A DNA stretch of 64,000 nt, from contig JAWMAR010000073.1 in assembly GCA_036785375.1 (NCBI GenBank), positions 5,704,001 through 5,768,000 of the forward strand. The letters are read 5' to 3'. Position 1 is the first letter of the stretch; the number at the start of each line of letters is the position of its first letter. Below are positions 26,275 to 39,573 of the stretch, one piece after another. Under the pieces are notes generated by a model that saw only the letters and a list, made by a program, of their open reading frames with translations, made no database searches and was not told the origin of the DNA. This stretch comes from Leucoraja ocellata. Its lineage: Eukaryota. The position numbers were made by a program, and so were the translations under genes.

Positions 26275-26822
26275 CACCCAAATCTGAGGAAGGACATTAT
26301 TGCCATAGAGGGAGTGCAGAGACGGTTCACCAGACTGATTCCTGGGATGTCAGGACTGTCTTATGAAGAAAGACTGGATAGACTTGGTTTATACTCTCTA
26401 GAATTTAGAAGATTGAGAGGGGATCTTATAGAAACTTACAAAATTCTTAAGGGGTTGGACAGGCTAGATGCAGGAAGATTGTTCCCGATGTTAGGGAAGT
26501 CCAGGACAAGGGGTCACAGCTTAAGGATAAAGGGGAAATCCTTTAAAACCGAGATGAGAAGAACTTTTTTCACGCAGAGAGTGGTGAATCTCTGGAACTC
26601 TCTGCCACAGAGGGTAGTTGAGGCCAGTTCATTGGCTATATTTAAGAGGGAGTTAGATGTGGCCCTTGTGGCTAAGGGGATCAGGGGGTATGGAGAGAAG
26701 GCAGGTACGGGATACTGAGTTGGATGATCAGCCATGATCATATTGAATGGCGGTGCAGGCTCGAAGGGCCGAATGGCCTACTCCTGCACCTAATTTCTAT
26801 GTTTCTATGTTTCTATGTTTCT
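26275..26822 (+). mobile_element. Young CR1 LINE 3' end
   Basis: Uninterrupted ORF2 C-terminus (IEGVQRRFTRLIPG..RRLRGDLIETYKI..VVNLWNSLP) and (TTCTATGT)n tail. Confidence 0.92.
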
Positions 26823-26892
26823 ATTGTCACAATGTGCTCACAAAAGGATCTCGATGGGACTATATAGTCCATTCCACATATTCAAAACAGGT

Positions 26893-27315
26893 CATAGACA
26901 GAAAATGCTGGTGTAACTCAGCGGGACAGGCAGCATCTCTGGATAGAAGGAATGGGTGACGTTTCGGGTGGAGACCCTTCTTCAGACTGAAAGTCAGGGG
27001 AGTGGGAGACACAGAGATATGGAAGGGTAAGGAGTGAAAACGATAGATCAAAGGGAAATGTAGAATCGATCATTGGTCGCTTGGGGAAGGTGACACGAGG
27101 ATTACAAAGATAAAATTTAATCAGGAGGACAGTCGGACTGGTTGGAGAACTAGGATGGGGGAGGGATGGAGAGAGAGGGAAAGCAAGGGTTACTTGAAGT
27201 TAGAAAAGTCAACATTCATGCTGCTGTGTTGTAAGCTGCCCAAGCAAAATATGATGTGCTGATCCTCCAATTTGCATTGGGCCACTCTGACAGCGGAGGA
27301 GGCCCAGGACAGAAA
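26893..27315 (-). mobile_element. Penelope-like element 3' end (GIY-YIG C-terminus + pseudo-LTR)
   Basis: CKLEDQHIIFCLGSLQHSSMNVDFSNFK* followed by a pLTR containing CTGAAGAAGGGTCTCCACCCGAAACGTC. Confidence 0.85.
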
Positions 27316-27854
27316 GTGTGGGTTACTGATTCTGGTGATCCTGCACTCAACCTGCCCCCAGAAGCCAGTTGCTACTTCCTGATCGTGGTCCTTCTGTATG
27401 GCTGTGCAGGCACAAGGCAGGTGGGGATGCATGTCACCATTCAACAACACTCTTCTGGTAGAGGCTAATTGTGGCTCAAAGTGTTCAATTCGTTTGTAGA
27501 GCACTAACGCTATTCCCTGAGGAAAATGGCAACTGATAACCACAAACTTGACATGTACAACTTTGATCAGAGAACAAATATCCAGATTTTTATGACACAA
27601 AAATCGGTGGTATCAAAAGAATATTGATGGAATGATTAGGTTACAATGTTAATTGACAATGAATGGATAGAACTCTTATAAATTATTTTTTACTTTAGAG
27701 GTGATGCATTAGTTAAAGTCCAAAGACAGATAGCTGGTAGTGATTCTCTTAAATCACTAGAATTTGTCATGGGATGGTACAGAAAATAATGGAATGCTGG
27801 TAGAGATTTGGAATAAGAGGGTTAGAACCTATGTAAAGCTATCGACTGTTCTGT

Positions 27855-28166
27855 TCCAGGACAAGGGGTCACAGCTTAAGGATAAGGGGGAAATCCTTTA
27901 AAACCGAGATGAGGAGAACTTTTTTCACACAGAGAGTGGTGAATCTCTGGAACTCTCTGCCACAGAGGGTAGTTGAGGCCAGTTCATTGGCAATATTTAA
28001 GAGGGAGTTAGATGTGGCCCTTGTGGCCAAGGGGATCAGAGGGTATGGAGAGAAGGCAGGTACGGGATATTGAGTTGGATGATCAGCCATGATCATATTG
28101 AATGGCGGTGCAGGCTCGAAGGGCCGAATGGCCTACTCCTGCACCCAATTTCTCTGTTTCTATGTT
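27855..28166 (+). mobile_element. Young CR1 3' end, followed by a Penelope terminal palindrome (~28168-28345)
   Basis: Near-identical to the 3' part of 26275-26822. Confidence 0.9.
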
Positions 28167-28500
28167 CTGTGTAGGAAGGAACTGCAGATGCTGGTTTAAA
28201 TCGAAGATAGACGCAAAAAGCTGGAGTAACTCAGCGGGACAGGCAGCATCGCTGGAGAGAAGGAAACCCAATCAGATAAACCCGAAACATCACCCATTCC
28301 TTCTCTCCAGAGATGCTGCCTGTCCCGCTGAGTTATATCGACAGTTCTGATCAGACCACAGCGGGAATACTGCAGAACTTTCTGGAAGCTATATCTTGGG
28401 AAAGGCTCATTGGGCTTGGAGGGAGTGGAGCATTATTTAACGGCCCTTTTCTGGATTTCAAGAAATGCTTGTTGAGATTTGTAAATTAGCATTGTTGTTT

Positions 28501-29468
28501 AGCAGGGGTGGAGGTGAAAACTGGGAGGAAGTGGAGAGCCGGCGAAGCCGTGCTGCAAGCAGAGTCCCGGATACGCCACAGAGTCCTGGTGGGAGCAGTG
28601 ACTCGGGGAAGAGCAGGCCTGGGAATCTTCCCATCTCCCCAGTTTGACAAGGCCAAGGGGAAGGAGAGGCGCAGGCTGGTCCAGGAGGAAGTGAGGGCAG
28701 TGGTGGAGGAGGAGAGGTGTACCAGAGCAGTTGGATTGAGGCAGCAGGGAGCCTGGACAAGGTGGGAGCAGGCCATGGACCAAGAAGTCACATGGACTGA
28801 GCTCTGGCAGGCTGAACCACAGCGCATCAAGTTCCTGGTCCAGGCAGTGTATGATGTTCTGCCCAGCCCATCGAACCTCTTCATCTGGGGCAGCTGCCAA
28901 GAACCACACCAGCCAGGAATCCGTCAGGAATCCTGGCGACTGCGCAGGACTGGCAGCTTTCCGTAGACCTGGTGAAACAGCTGAAGTTCCCACAGCACAT
29001 TGCCACGACCACCCTGAGGCCAGATAACCTCCTGGTATCAGAGGCGACCAAAAACATCGTCTTGTTGGAACTGGCAGTGCCGTGGGAGAACCGTCTGGAG
29101 GAGGCCCACGAGAGGAAGATGGCCAAATATGAAGAGCTGGTCATAGACTGCCGTAAGCAGGGCTGGAAGGCAAGGTGTATGCCCATCGAGGTTGGCTGCA
29201 GAGGTTTTGCAGGGCAATCGCTCTACAAAGCCTTGAGTGCGCTGGGCATCAACGGAGTGGCGAGGAGAAGGGCCATCAAGAACACCACAGAGGCAGCCGA
29301 GAAGGCCTCGAGATGGCTCTGGATCAGGAGAGGAGGTCCATGGGGATAAACCATGGCTGGGTCGCCTGGGTGAGGGTGTCTGATGTTGAAAGACCCGAAA
29401 CACCCAATGACCCCAGGTTACATCACTGATGACGTGTTCAGGAGCATCTATCGATGTATTTGTATCAA
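28501..29468 (+). mobile_element. 5'-truncated, internally deleted RLE-type non-LTR retrotransposon (Hero-clade-like)
   Basis: ORF 28508-28966 (TGRKW..QQGAWTRWE..IKFL..VYDVLPSP.NL..WG) and ORF 28972-29349 with a restriction-like endonuclease (LRPD..LLELAVPWE..AHERK..KY..IEVGCRGF). The CCHC finger between them is deleted. Flanked by a 62-bp direct repeat. Confidence 0.85.
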
Positions 29469-32281
29469 AACGACCCTTGTCTGGATTTCAAGAAATGCTT
29501 GTTGAGATTTGTGAATTAGCATTGTTGTTTCTGGTATTTCAAAGATTAAGTGTTGATTTAATTTAAATGTTGAGCGAAAAATGATGTTGGCCATTAACAC
29601 CACATATCGCTTCTTTCCCCCCTCCCCCCTACCCATCAGTCTGATGAAAGGTCTTATCCTGAAACATCCCCTATTTCTTTTCTCCAGATATGCTGCCTGA
29701 CCCGCTGGGTTACTCCAGCATTTTGTGCCCATCTTCCCCATGGCAATGTTCCTCCGATAATCCATTTTTGCATGGTCAGAAACTCCTTACAGTTGGGAAA
29801 ACGGGAGTAATTAGTAATGGTCCATGTCAGAATCTCCATATTCTAGTCACACATACATACTCTTCTCTGAGGACTCCGCGTCACAATGTTCATAGGTGAT
29901 GTACTGTTTGATTCTGGACTGATCTGCAGCTCTTTGGCTTGTAGAATTCCAAGGATTTGCAACATTGAGCAAATAAATTCCTTCTGGTCACCGTTTAAAG
30001 GGCTATTGCTTATTCTAAAACAGTATCCTTGGTCTATATTTCCTGATGAGGGGAAAAATATATCTCTGCATCAATCCTGACAATTCCTGTTTCCTTCAAC
30101 ATCTATTTTGTCTACAAATTTTATTGCTGTTTCTTCTGTTGGTCTTGCTACCAATGACCAATGTAACTTTTATGTTCTCCTTGTGCAGGTTAGGTTTGTC
30201 TCAAATCAATTTGATCTTTTTGTATCATTATTTTGAACTGAATGCCAATTATTTGTCAGTTTTATTTCTTTACATTCTGCGTATTGCCGATGTGCGCCTT
30301 TTTTCAGTTGTATATTCTCTGGAGCAAAATTTCAAGCAAAGAGTAATCTCTCAGAGAATCAGAAGTATTGAAATAAGAATGGATATTTGTCTTAAATTAA
30401 TCCATTGTTTATAACAATGTGCAGCAGGCAATTAATTATCGAAACAATTATATTGGCAAACATTCCTGGTGCAAGAGAGATCATGGGGGTGCAGTTTGAA
30501 TAACTGATCGCCTCGTTCACCCACCTAACCAAGGATGGTAATAAGAATGAACAATTTGTCTCATTGTGTGTGACCAATCTCAATTTGGCAGGTGTAAGAT
30601 TATTGCATAAAGCCTCCGGGCTACCTAGGGATTATGTATTGACCAGGGTTATTGTTCCTGAACGTTTGTAAAAATCAATTGCTCCTGTGTGGATTTCTGG
30701 AGGAGAACATGGCTGAGTTTGGCTATGATTTTACAATCAAAGCAAGCAACTGTTATTCATTCTTCAAGGTGGAGCCTTAATAATGGGCACTTGGTTAGTA
30801 TATAGTTAAGAATGTTGAACTGTTCTCAAGGTTAAGCAGGATTTGAAAGACGGAATGCTTGTCCTGTTTTTTAAAGGTGATGCTTCTCGTTACATTTATT
30901 GCCCTATCTTCTCCCATTAATTTCCCCCCTCTACTCTCAACATGAGTACAAAATATAATCAGTCCTGTAGTCATGTTTTCTCTGATCTAAATGTGATGAT
31001 CACCAATTCCACAGATGTTACTAGATTCGCCACATCTTTGGCAAGTTATTTTGGCATGACTTGCAATGTTGTGGATCTCCTTTTTAAAATTCTAACATTC
31101 AGTAAAACAAGGCGAGATAATGCTGCTCCAGAATCCTGGGTTCAATCCTCACCTCACTGCTTTGTGGAGGTTGCATGTTCACCCCATGACCATTTTGGTT
31201 TATTCCACCATCCCAAAGATGTTACTGGATTCATTGGTTGCAGTTTTGGTAACCTGTTATTTTCAACCAGTTAGGGTTGGCGATAACAAAAGAGTTAAGG
31301 GGAATTAATGGGCATGTGTAAACTACAGGAATATAAATTGCAGGGTTACAGGGAATTGAGGGGATGGAAAATAGGATTGATAAATAGTGGTATTTGGAAC
31401 TGGATGGACCAAATGGGCTGAATGACTTCTCTTTGTGCCGGGAAAGTATGAATATTGCCACTTTGCTTATTCCTATTTCCCTACATCTGTATTGTTTCAA
31501 AAAAAGTGCCTCTGTTTGAGGTTACCTTCAGTTGTTGCAAAAGTTTAAACGTAGGCAATGCTGAAATATTTAATATAGTACTAAGTTGAATGAGATATTC
31601 TAATTCTTAATTCTACTATTCTAGTATCAATCCACTCTGTGAACCTTGTTAGAATAATTCAAAGAATAATTTAACAGAACATCAGCTGAAAATTGGCTTC
31701 TGGTGTCCATTCAGCTAATTCCTGGATTTGCTTCAGATAATTTCTATAGAGTAGGGGTGAACAGGTTAAGAATGGAAGAAAGCAACTAGCTGGAGTTTTA
31801 ATAGCACACCAGGATCTTAAACATGGGTTGCACTAAATGTTTAAAAAGTGCATCATAAGTCAATGATCATCTGTAAACAAAAAAACTTGTTTGTCAGTCT
31901 GAGACCCTTAAGACCTTTAACCTTAATGGCAGATTGAACTCTGAAAAACTTTTTATAATGGAGAGTACAAATTTTAAGGTCTGGAATGTGCACGCAGTTA
32001 ACTTTATAGGGAATTTCTGTTGTGTGTTGATTAATTTCTGTTTAAAATATTCCAATAATTATAGCTCAATTATGATCAGCAGGGCTGTTTATTATTCTTA
32101 TTGAAATTGAAGATGGAACAAGTGGGTGGGGTGTGTGCAATGTGTATAAGACAGTGTAGGTCAAATAAAATGGAAAAAGTGTAACATGATCAGCTGAATA
32201 TGAAGATATGTTGAGTGCTATCAGGGACAAAAAGTACATACATTGAGATGGAATAAATTGATTCTTTTTTTGGTTGTTTAG

Positions 32282-32851
<570 letters not shown>

Positions 32852-33623
32852 TGAATATCACTGGGCAAAGGTGTGCTTGACGGTGTGGTGGGAGGAATTC
32901 GGACAACTTTGGGGGCAGATATTGTTTGGCTGCCTACCTTGTGTTAGATAAATGAAATTAAAATTATAGCATTCAAATTTAATGTTCAAGAAATGTGCTT
33001 TGCATTTTGTTTAAATCTTTCCAAATTGTTTGCAGATTTTAATTTGATTGCATCATTATAATTGGATTGCATTATGCACCAATAAAGGCATCTCACAAGG
33101 CCAGTTTTGTGCAGAGTCTCAGAATAGAGAAAGACTCTTAAGAGGAGAATGATTTAACAAACAAAAATCAATACATTATCAAGCTGATGCAAATGTTCTA
33201 AGTTGGCTTGGATACTGCCATCTACAAAATGGTGGTGTGCTTTGTGCCAGAGCAACCATATTCATCATTCACGTATGCCATGTCACAATTGATTTGTGCA
33301 TCTTTCTTTCAATGCCTACCCTACAAAAATCTGTTGACCCTGGATTTGAAACTTTCAATTGTCCCCAGCCTCCTTTTACTTTATTTGGAAGTTATTCCAA
33401 GTTGCTTCTTCTGTGGACGCATTGCTTCTTGACACGTTCTCTCCCCATGGATGGGGCCTGACCTATTGGCTATTTTGATTTTCTTTTTTTGTAGTTCAAA
33501 TTTGCAGCATTTATTTACTTTTTAACTTTTTTAATCTGAAGCCTTTCTGGTAATTTGAGAATATGTTAAAAAAAATAATAATTTGGTTGACAATGCTAAG
33601 AGAAAAATGTACTGTTTGCAAAG

Positions 33624-34342
33624 GTACACAAAAATGCTGGAGAAACTCAGCGGGTGCATCAGCATCTATGGAGCGAAGGAAATAGGCAAAGTTTCGGGCC
33701 GAAACCCTTCTTCAGAATGATGGGGGGTAGGAGGAGGCGGGGAGAAGAAAGGAGAAAAGTGAAGGAGGAGCCCGAGGGCTGAGGTAGAATTAGGAAGGGG
33801 AGGAGACAGCAAGGGCTAACAGAATTGTGAGAATTCAATGTTTATGTCACCAGGATGCAGACTCCCCAAGCGGAATACGAGGTGCTGCTCCTCCAATTTC
33901 CGGTGTTGCTCACTCTGGCCATGGAGGAGGCCCAGGACAGAGAGGTCGGATATGGAATGGGAGGGGGAGTTGAAGTGCTGAGCCACCGGGAGGTCAGGTA
34001 GGTTAATGCGGACTGAGTGGAGGTGTTCGGCGCAAGCCTAAAATTGGAGGAACAGCACCTCCTATTCCGCTTGGGGTGGCTGCATCCTGGTGGCATGAAC
34101 ATTGAATTCTGTTAGCCCTTGCTGTCTCCTCCCCTTCCTATCTCTCCCTCAGCCCTCAGGCTCCTCCTCCTCCTTTTTCCTTTCTTCTCCCCGCCTCCCC
34201 CTAACCCACATCAGTCTGAAGAAGGGTTTCGGCCCGAAACGTTGCCTATTTCCTTTGCTCCATAGATGCTGCTGAATCCGCTGAGTTTCTCCAGCATTTT
34301 TGTGTACCTTCGGTTTTCCAGCATCTGCTGTTCCTTCTCAAA
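33624..34342. mobile_element. Truncated Penelope-like element with inverted pseudo-LTRs and 14-bp TSD
   Basis: Minus strand encodes a GIY-YIG C-terminus (AEHL..LPVAQHFNSPSHS..RKLEEQHLVFRLGSLHP..NIEF), fused at ~34032 to an inverted partial copy. TSD tactgtttgcaaag at 33610-33623 and 34343-34356. Confidence 0.9.
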
Positions 34343-35559
34343 TACTGTTTGCAAAGCATCTTTTGTGTGAGGTGCTCTGGGCCAGTTCATGGGCTATGGT
34401 TTACTGCTGGTCAATGTGCCTGTAGTGATACATCTTTAAATATAGGGCTAATTAAGTTCCTTTATTGATGGTGGTCAATGGATAAATATTCATCAATATT
34501 CTGCTAGAACTCTTCTGCTTTTCCCAGAATATAGAATAGGTTTGCATACACCAGAATGCAAATGGTCTCTCAGTTAAGCAGCTTGAAAGGCCAACAATTC
34601 TGACTTTGCAACATTCCCTTAGTATTGCATATAACACCGAGCCTCCATTGTGGTGGGATTGGCAAATACAGCATTATAATTTGTTCTACTATATTACTGT
34701 AGTAATATAAAGCTACACCATGACTCCCTGACACTTGCATTTAATGCCCTGACCAATGAAGGCAAGCATACAGTGTGACCTCTTTATCTTTCTATCTACA
34801 TGTGTCATGAAAAAGATACTCGAAGAACGAGATGGGGCAATGGAATTTAATCTCTGGAATGTGAAGTCTGATTTTCTTTTCAAATTGATGAGGAAGCCAA
34901 TGGCAATCCCAGTCATTTGTTCCAAATTACAGTAATTTCAGATTGATTGGTTACATGGTTTCATGTGAACATCCAAAAGCTGCTGTCCGCCTTGCACTAC
35001 TGTGGTGCTGGTATGTACAAATGGTATTTCATTCACCACCTCGCCTCAGATGCTTTGAATGTCATTCAATTACTGCATTATTATTGGAGGTATGAACTGA
35101 ACCCTTTGTAGATATTTCGGGCTAGCAACTTGTCGCCCACGTACCCTCTTAGCAACTAAAGTAAATGTTAATTAATTTGTTGTGCATGAAAATGTGACAG
35201 TCTTGTGTGCATCTCATTACATTGCATTGTGGAATGTTTTGGGACCTATTTTTTGTCTTTATCTTTTGATTTCTCCTTTGCCTCATTCATATCCTATATC
35301 TGATTTGACATGAAATTCACCCTTCCCTTTGATTTTTTTTATTTCAATCATAAAGCTCATTAATTATGAAAATACATAGTGAGTTGTTTCCTCCAACCAC
35401 CCTTTAGATTTGTTGAATCTTTATCAGTCAAAATAAAACTGGACATTGTGTTGGGAGCGCTGTTGCGTTAATGACAGTGGCCATGTAGAATTTCACCCTG
35501 GTATCAAACAAGAGTCACATGACAGCTATCAGTCCCCCTCCATTTACACTAACTTCTGC

Positions 35560-37205
35560 CTGGCAGGACCAGTTTTTACCTTTAGCAACTTCTCTTTTGA
35601 CTCCTCCCAATATTTATAATTCAAGGGTGTAATCATGGGCACGAGTACGGGCTCCAGCTACACTTCTTCACTGGTTAAGTGGAGTATTCCTTATTCCAAC
35701 CCCTCTGGCACCACTCCCCAACTCTTCCTCCATAGAAACATAGAAATTAGGTGCAGGAGTAGGCCATTCGGCCCTTCGAGCCTGCACCGCCATTCAATAT
35801 GATCATGGCTGACCATCCAACTCAGTATCCCGTACCTGCCTTCTCTCCATACCCCCTGATCCCCTTAGCCACAAGGGCCACATCTAACTCCCTCTTAAAT
35901 ATAGCTAATGAACTGGCCTCAACTACCCTCTGTGGCAGAGAGTTCCAGAGATTCACCACTCTCTGTGTGAAAAAAGTTCTTCTCATCTCGGTTTTAAAGG
36001 ATTTCCCCCTTATCCTTAAGCTGTGACCCCTTGTCCTGGACTTCCCTAACATCGGGAACAATCTTCCTGCATCTAGCCTGTCCAACCCCTTAAGAATTTT
36101 GTAAGTTTCTATAAGATCCCCTCTCAATCTTCTAAATTCTAGAGAGTATAAACCAAGTCTATCCAGTCTTTCTTCATAAGACAGTCCTGACATCCCAGGA
36201 ATCAGTCTGGTGAACCGTCTCTGCACTCCCTCTATGGCAATAATGTCCTTCCTCAGATTTGGAGACCAAAACTGTACGCAATACTCCAGGTGTGGTCTCA
36301 CCAAGACCCTGTACAACTGCAGTAGAACCTCCCTGCTCCTGTACTCAAATCCTTTTGCAATGAAAGCTAACATACCATTCGCTTTCTTTACTGCCTGCTG
36401 CACCTGCATGCCTACTGGTGTACCATGACACCCAGGTCTCGCTGCATCTCCCCCTTTCCCAATCGGCCACCATTTAGATAATAGTCTGCTTTCCCATTTT
36501 TGCCACCAAAATGGATAACCTCACATTTATCCACATTATACTGCATCAACAACTGCATTGGTGCCACTTCCTGCATTGGGGCAGGTCTCATCATCAACAT
36601 TAACTCTACTACAATTTCCACCCTGCCACCAAATTCACTTGGACAATTTCTGACACCCCTCTCCCCATTCTTATCTCTCCATTCCTGTTTCAGGAGACAA
36701 ACCATCCCTGACATTTTCTGGTAGCCCCCCCACCCCGGGTACCTAGACTACAAATCCCATCCTGCCATTTGTAAAGGTGACATTCCATTCTCTGTTTTTC
36801 CAATTCAGCATCATCTGCTCTTGAGACCTTCTACTCCAGGATATCAGATTAATACTTTTTGTAAGAAATGGTTTATCTTTCTCTCCCTCAGCTGTGATTT
36901 GATGGTGCCCTTTTCCAGATCTCCTCCAATTTCTGCATCTCACCCCCCCCCCCCCCCCAACAGAATAAAGAGAGGCTTGTTTTGTCTTTCACTCCACCCT
37001 TGCTTCATGTCTGAAGAAGGGTTACTGCCCGAAATGTTGCCTATTCTTTTCTTCCAGAGATGTTGCCTGACCCGCTGTGTTACTCCAGTATTTTGTGTCT
37101 ATCTTTGCATCCAACACATCATTCTTTGAAATTTCTGCCAGCGCAATGCAATCTCGCCACCTGCCACATCGTTCCATCCCCACCCCTTTCTGCCTTCAGC
37201 TTCCT
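35560..37205 (+). mobile_element. Degenerate Penelope RT remnant interrupted by a CR1 and a Penelope terminus
   Basis: Decayed motifs KG..MGT..G.SY (~35620-35660), LFL|.I.NCIG split by the CR1, LDY..HP..CK..IPFS (~36740-36795), and HIVPSPPLSAF (~37165-37200). Confidence 0.55.
35732..36545 (-). mobile_element. Young CR1 LINE, 5'-truncated
   Basis: ORF 35822-36409 is almost identical in protein to 26251-26718 and 38590-39483. Confidence 0.92.
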
Positions 37206-37369
37206 TCCATCGACTCCACTTTTGCCCTGCATTGCCATGGGAAAGCAGCCAAACAAGGACATCTCACACCCTGGTTATTCTCTCTCCTCCCATTGGATAA
37301 AGAATGCAAAAACCTGAAAGCACATGCCACCTGACTCAAGAACAGCTTTTTAAAATGTGGACAAAGATT

Positions 37370-37622
37370 TATGATGAATCCGAAGGGTTGCATTTTTGCA
37401 CAAAGGGTGGTGAGTGTATGGAATGAGCTGCCAGAGGAGGTTGTTGAGGCAGGTTCAATCGTGACATTTAAGAAACATTTAGACAGGTATGTAGATAGGA
37501 TAGGTTTAGAGGAATATAGGCCAAACGCAGGCAGGTAGGACTAATACAAATGGGATGTAATGGTCGGTGGAGGCAAATTGAGCCGAAGGGCCTGTTTCCA
37601 CGCTGTATAACTCTATGACTCT
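37370..37622 (+). mobile_element. CR1 3' end (HER1-like tail)
   Basis: RVVSVWNELPEEVVEAG and GAAGGGCCTGTTTCCACGCTGTA followed by an (ACTCT)-type tail. Confidence 0.75.
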
Positions 37623-38597
37623 TTAACAGTCCTCTCATAAGCTAAGGATGTATTCCTGATCTCCGAAATTATATCATTGCGGATCTTGCATTTTTGTAGT
37701 CTATTGATTCGCAGTAGCTGTAACACTATATTCTGCACTGTGTTTCCTTTTCTCTTTCTGCTCCACCCGTGTATGGTTTGATTGTACTCGTCTGTGGTAT
37801 GATTTGCCTGGATTACACACAAAACAAAGATTTGCCACTGCATCTCTGTATACGTCACAATAATAAACCAACCAACATTTCCATCCTGACTAGGGTACTT
37901 GCTGAGTAAGCTGGGTGGAGTGCCTTTCTATAAAATATCAAAGTATGTTTTCTCTTGAAGGTTTGTTCCCGTGAGAATTTATAGTAAGTGAGGGTCAAGT
38001 ATCCATTTGAGTTGTTTTATTTATAACGAGCCTTGATAGGTATCGCTGACCATTCCTTTCACTAATGTTTAGCTTGGCTGTTGAAATGATTTTAAACTTC
38101 CTGGTTGAAACCAAGTGACTTTTATAGCAGTTTGTTAATTAGATTCTATTGCCACTTGCAGTGAAGGAACCAAGAGGGAAAATAAATGTCTAGGTTGACT
38201 GATGATTACATTTATTTGTTTTCACAAAGCACTTAAAATGCAATGAATGCTATATGTGTCCTTAAACCACCACAGGGCCATTCTTTGGAAAGTGAACCAA
38301 ACTGTCACACACGTGACCAGATGGCATCGAAGTAATGCATCAAAAAATTATTGTAAGATTGATCTTATTCCATGCTATTTTCCTACCTACATAACTATAA
38401 TGCATATCTGCAAAATATATGAACATTATAGCTTTTTAAAATTCAGTTTGTAAGATAAAACTGAGTTATGAAAAAAATGCTTCAGTGAGGTCACACATGT
38501 GACCAGTCATATTTGACCTCTGACCCGAAACAAACATTGTCAGCATAACATAAAACATTTCACTTGATAAACTTTGGGAAAAAACATGAATGTTTTT

Positions 38598-39573
38598 ATA
38601 TATTAATGATTTGGACGAGGGAATTGAATGCAACATCTCCAAGTTTGCGAATGACACGAAGCTGGGGGGCAGTGTTAGCTGTGAGGAGGATGCTAGGAGG
38701 CTGCAAGGTGACTTGGATAGGCTGGGTGAGTGGGCAAATGCATGGCAGATGCAGTATAATGTGGATAAATGTGAGGTTATCCACTTTGGTGGCAAAAACA
38801 GGAAAGTAGACTTTTATCTGAATGGTAGCCGATTAGGAAAGGGGGTGATGCAACGAGACCTGGGTGTCATGGTACACCAGTCATTCAAAGTAGGTATGCA
38901 GGTGCAGCAGGCAGTGAAGAAGGCGAATGGTATGTTAGCATTCATAGCAAAAGGATTTGAGTATAGGAGCAGGGAGGTTCTACTGCAGTTGTACAGGGTC
39001 TTGGTGAGACCACACCTGGAGTATTGCGTACAGTTTTGGTCTCCTAATCTGGGGAAAGACATTCTTGCCATAGAGGGAGTACAGAGAAGGTTCACCAGAC
39101 AGATTCCTGGGATGTCAGGACTTTCATATGAAGAAAGACTGGATAGACTCTGTTTGTACTCGCTAGAATTTAGAAGATTGAGGGGGGATCTTATAGAAAC
39201 TTACAAAATTCTTAAGGGGTTGGACAGGCTAGATGCAGGAAGATTGTTCCCGATGTTGGGGAAGTCCAGAACAAGGGGTCATAGTTTAAGGATAAGGGGG
39301 AAATCTTTTAGGACCGAGATGAGGAAAACTTTTTTCACACAGAGAGTGGTGAATCTCTGGAATTCTCTCCCGCAGAAGGTAGTTGAGGCCAGTTCATTGG
39401 TTATATTTACGAGGGAGTTAGATGTGGCCCTTGTGGCTAAAGGGATCAGGGGGTATGGAGAGAAGGCAGGAACAGGATACTGAGTTGGATGATCAGCCAT
39501 GATCATATTGAATGGCGGTGCAGGCTCGAAGGGCTGAATGGCCTACTCCTGCACCTATTTTCTATGTTTCTAT
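38598..39573 (+). mobile_element. Young CR1 LINE, 5'-truncated
   Basis: 297-aa ORF 38590-39483 (YINDLDEG..SKFANDTKLGG..VRPHLEYC) and tail TTCTATGTTTCTATG. Confidence 0.93.
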
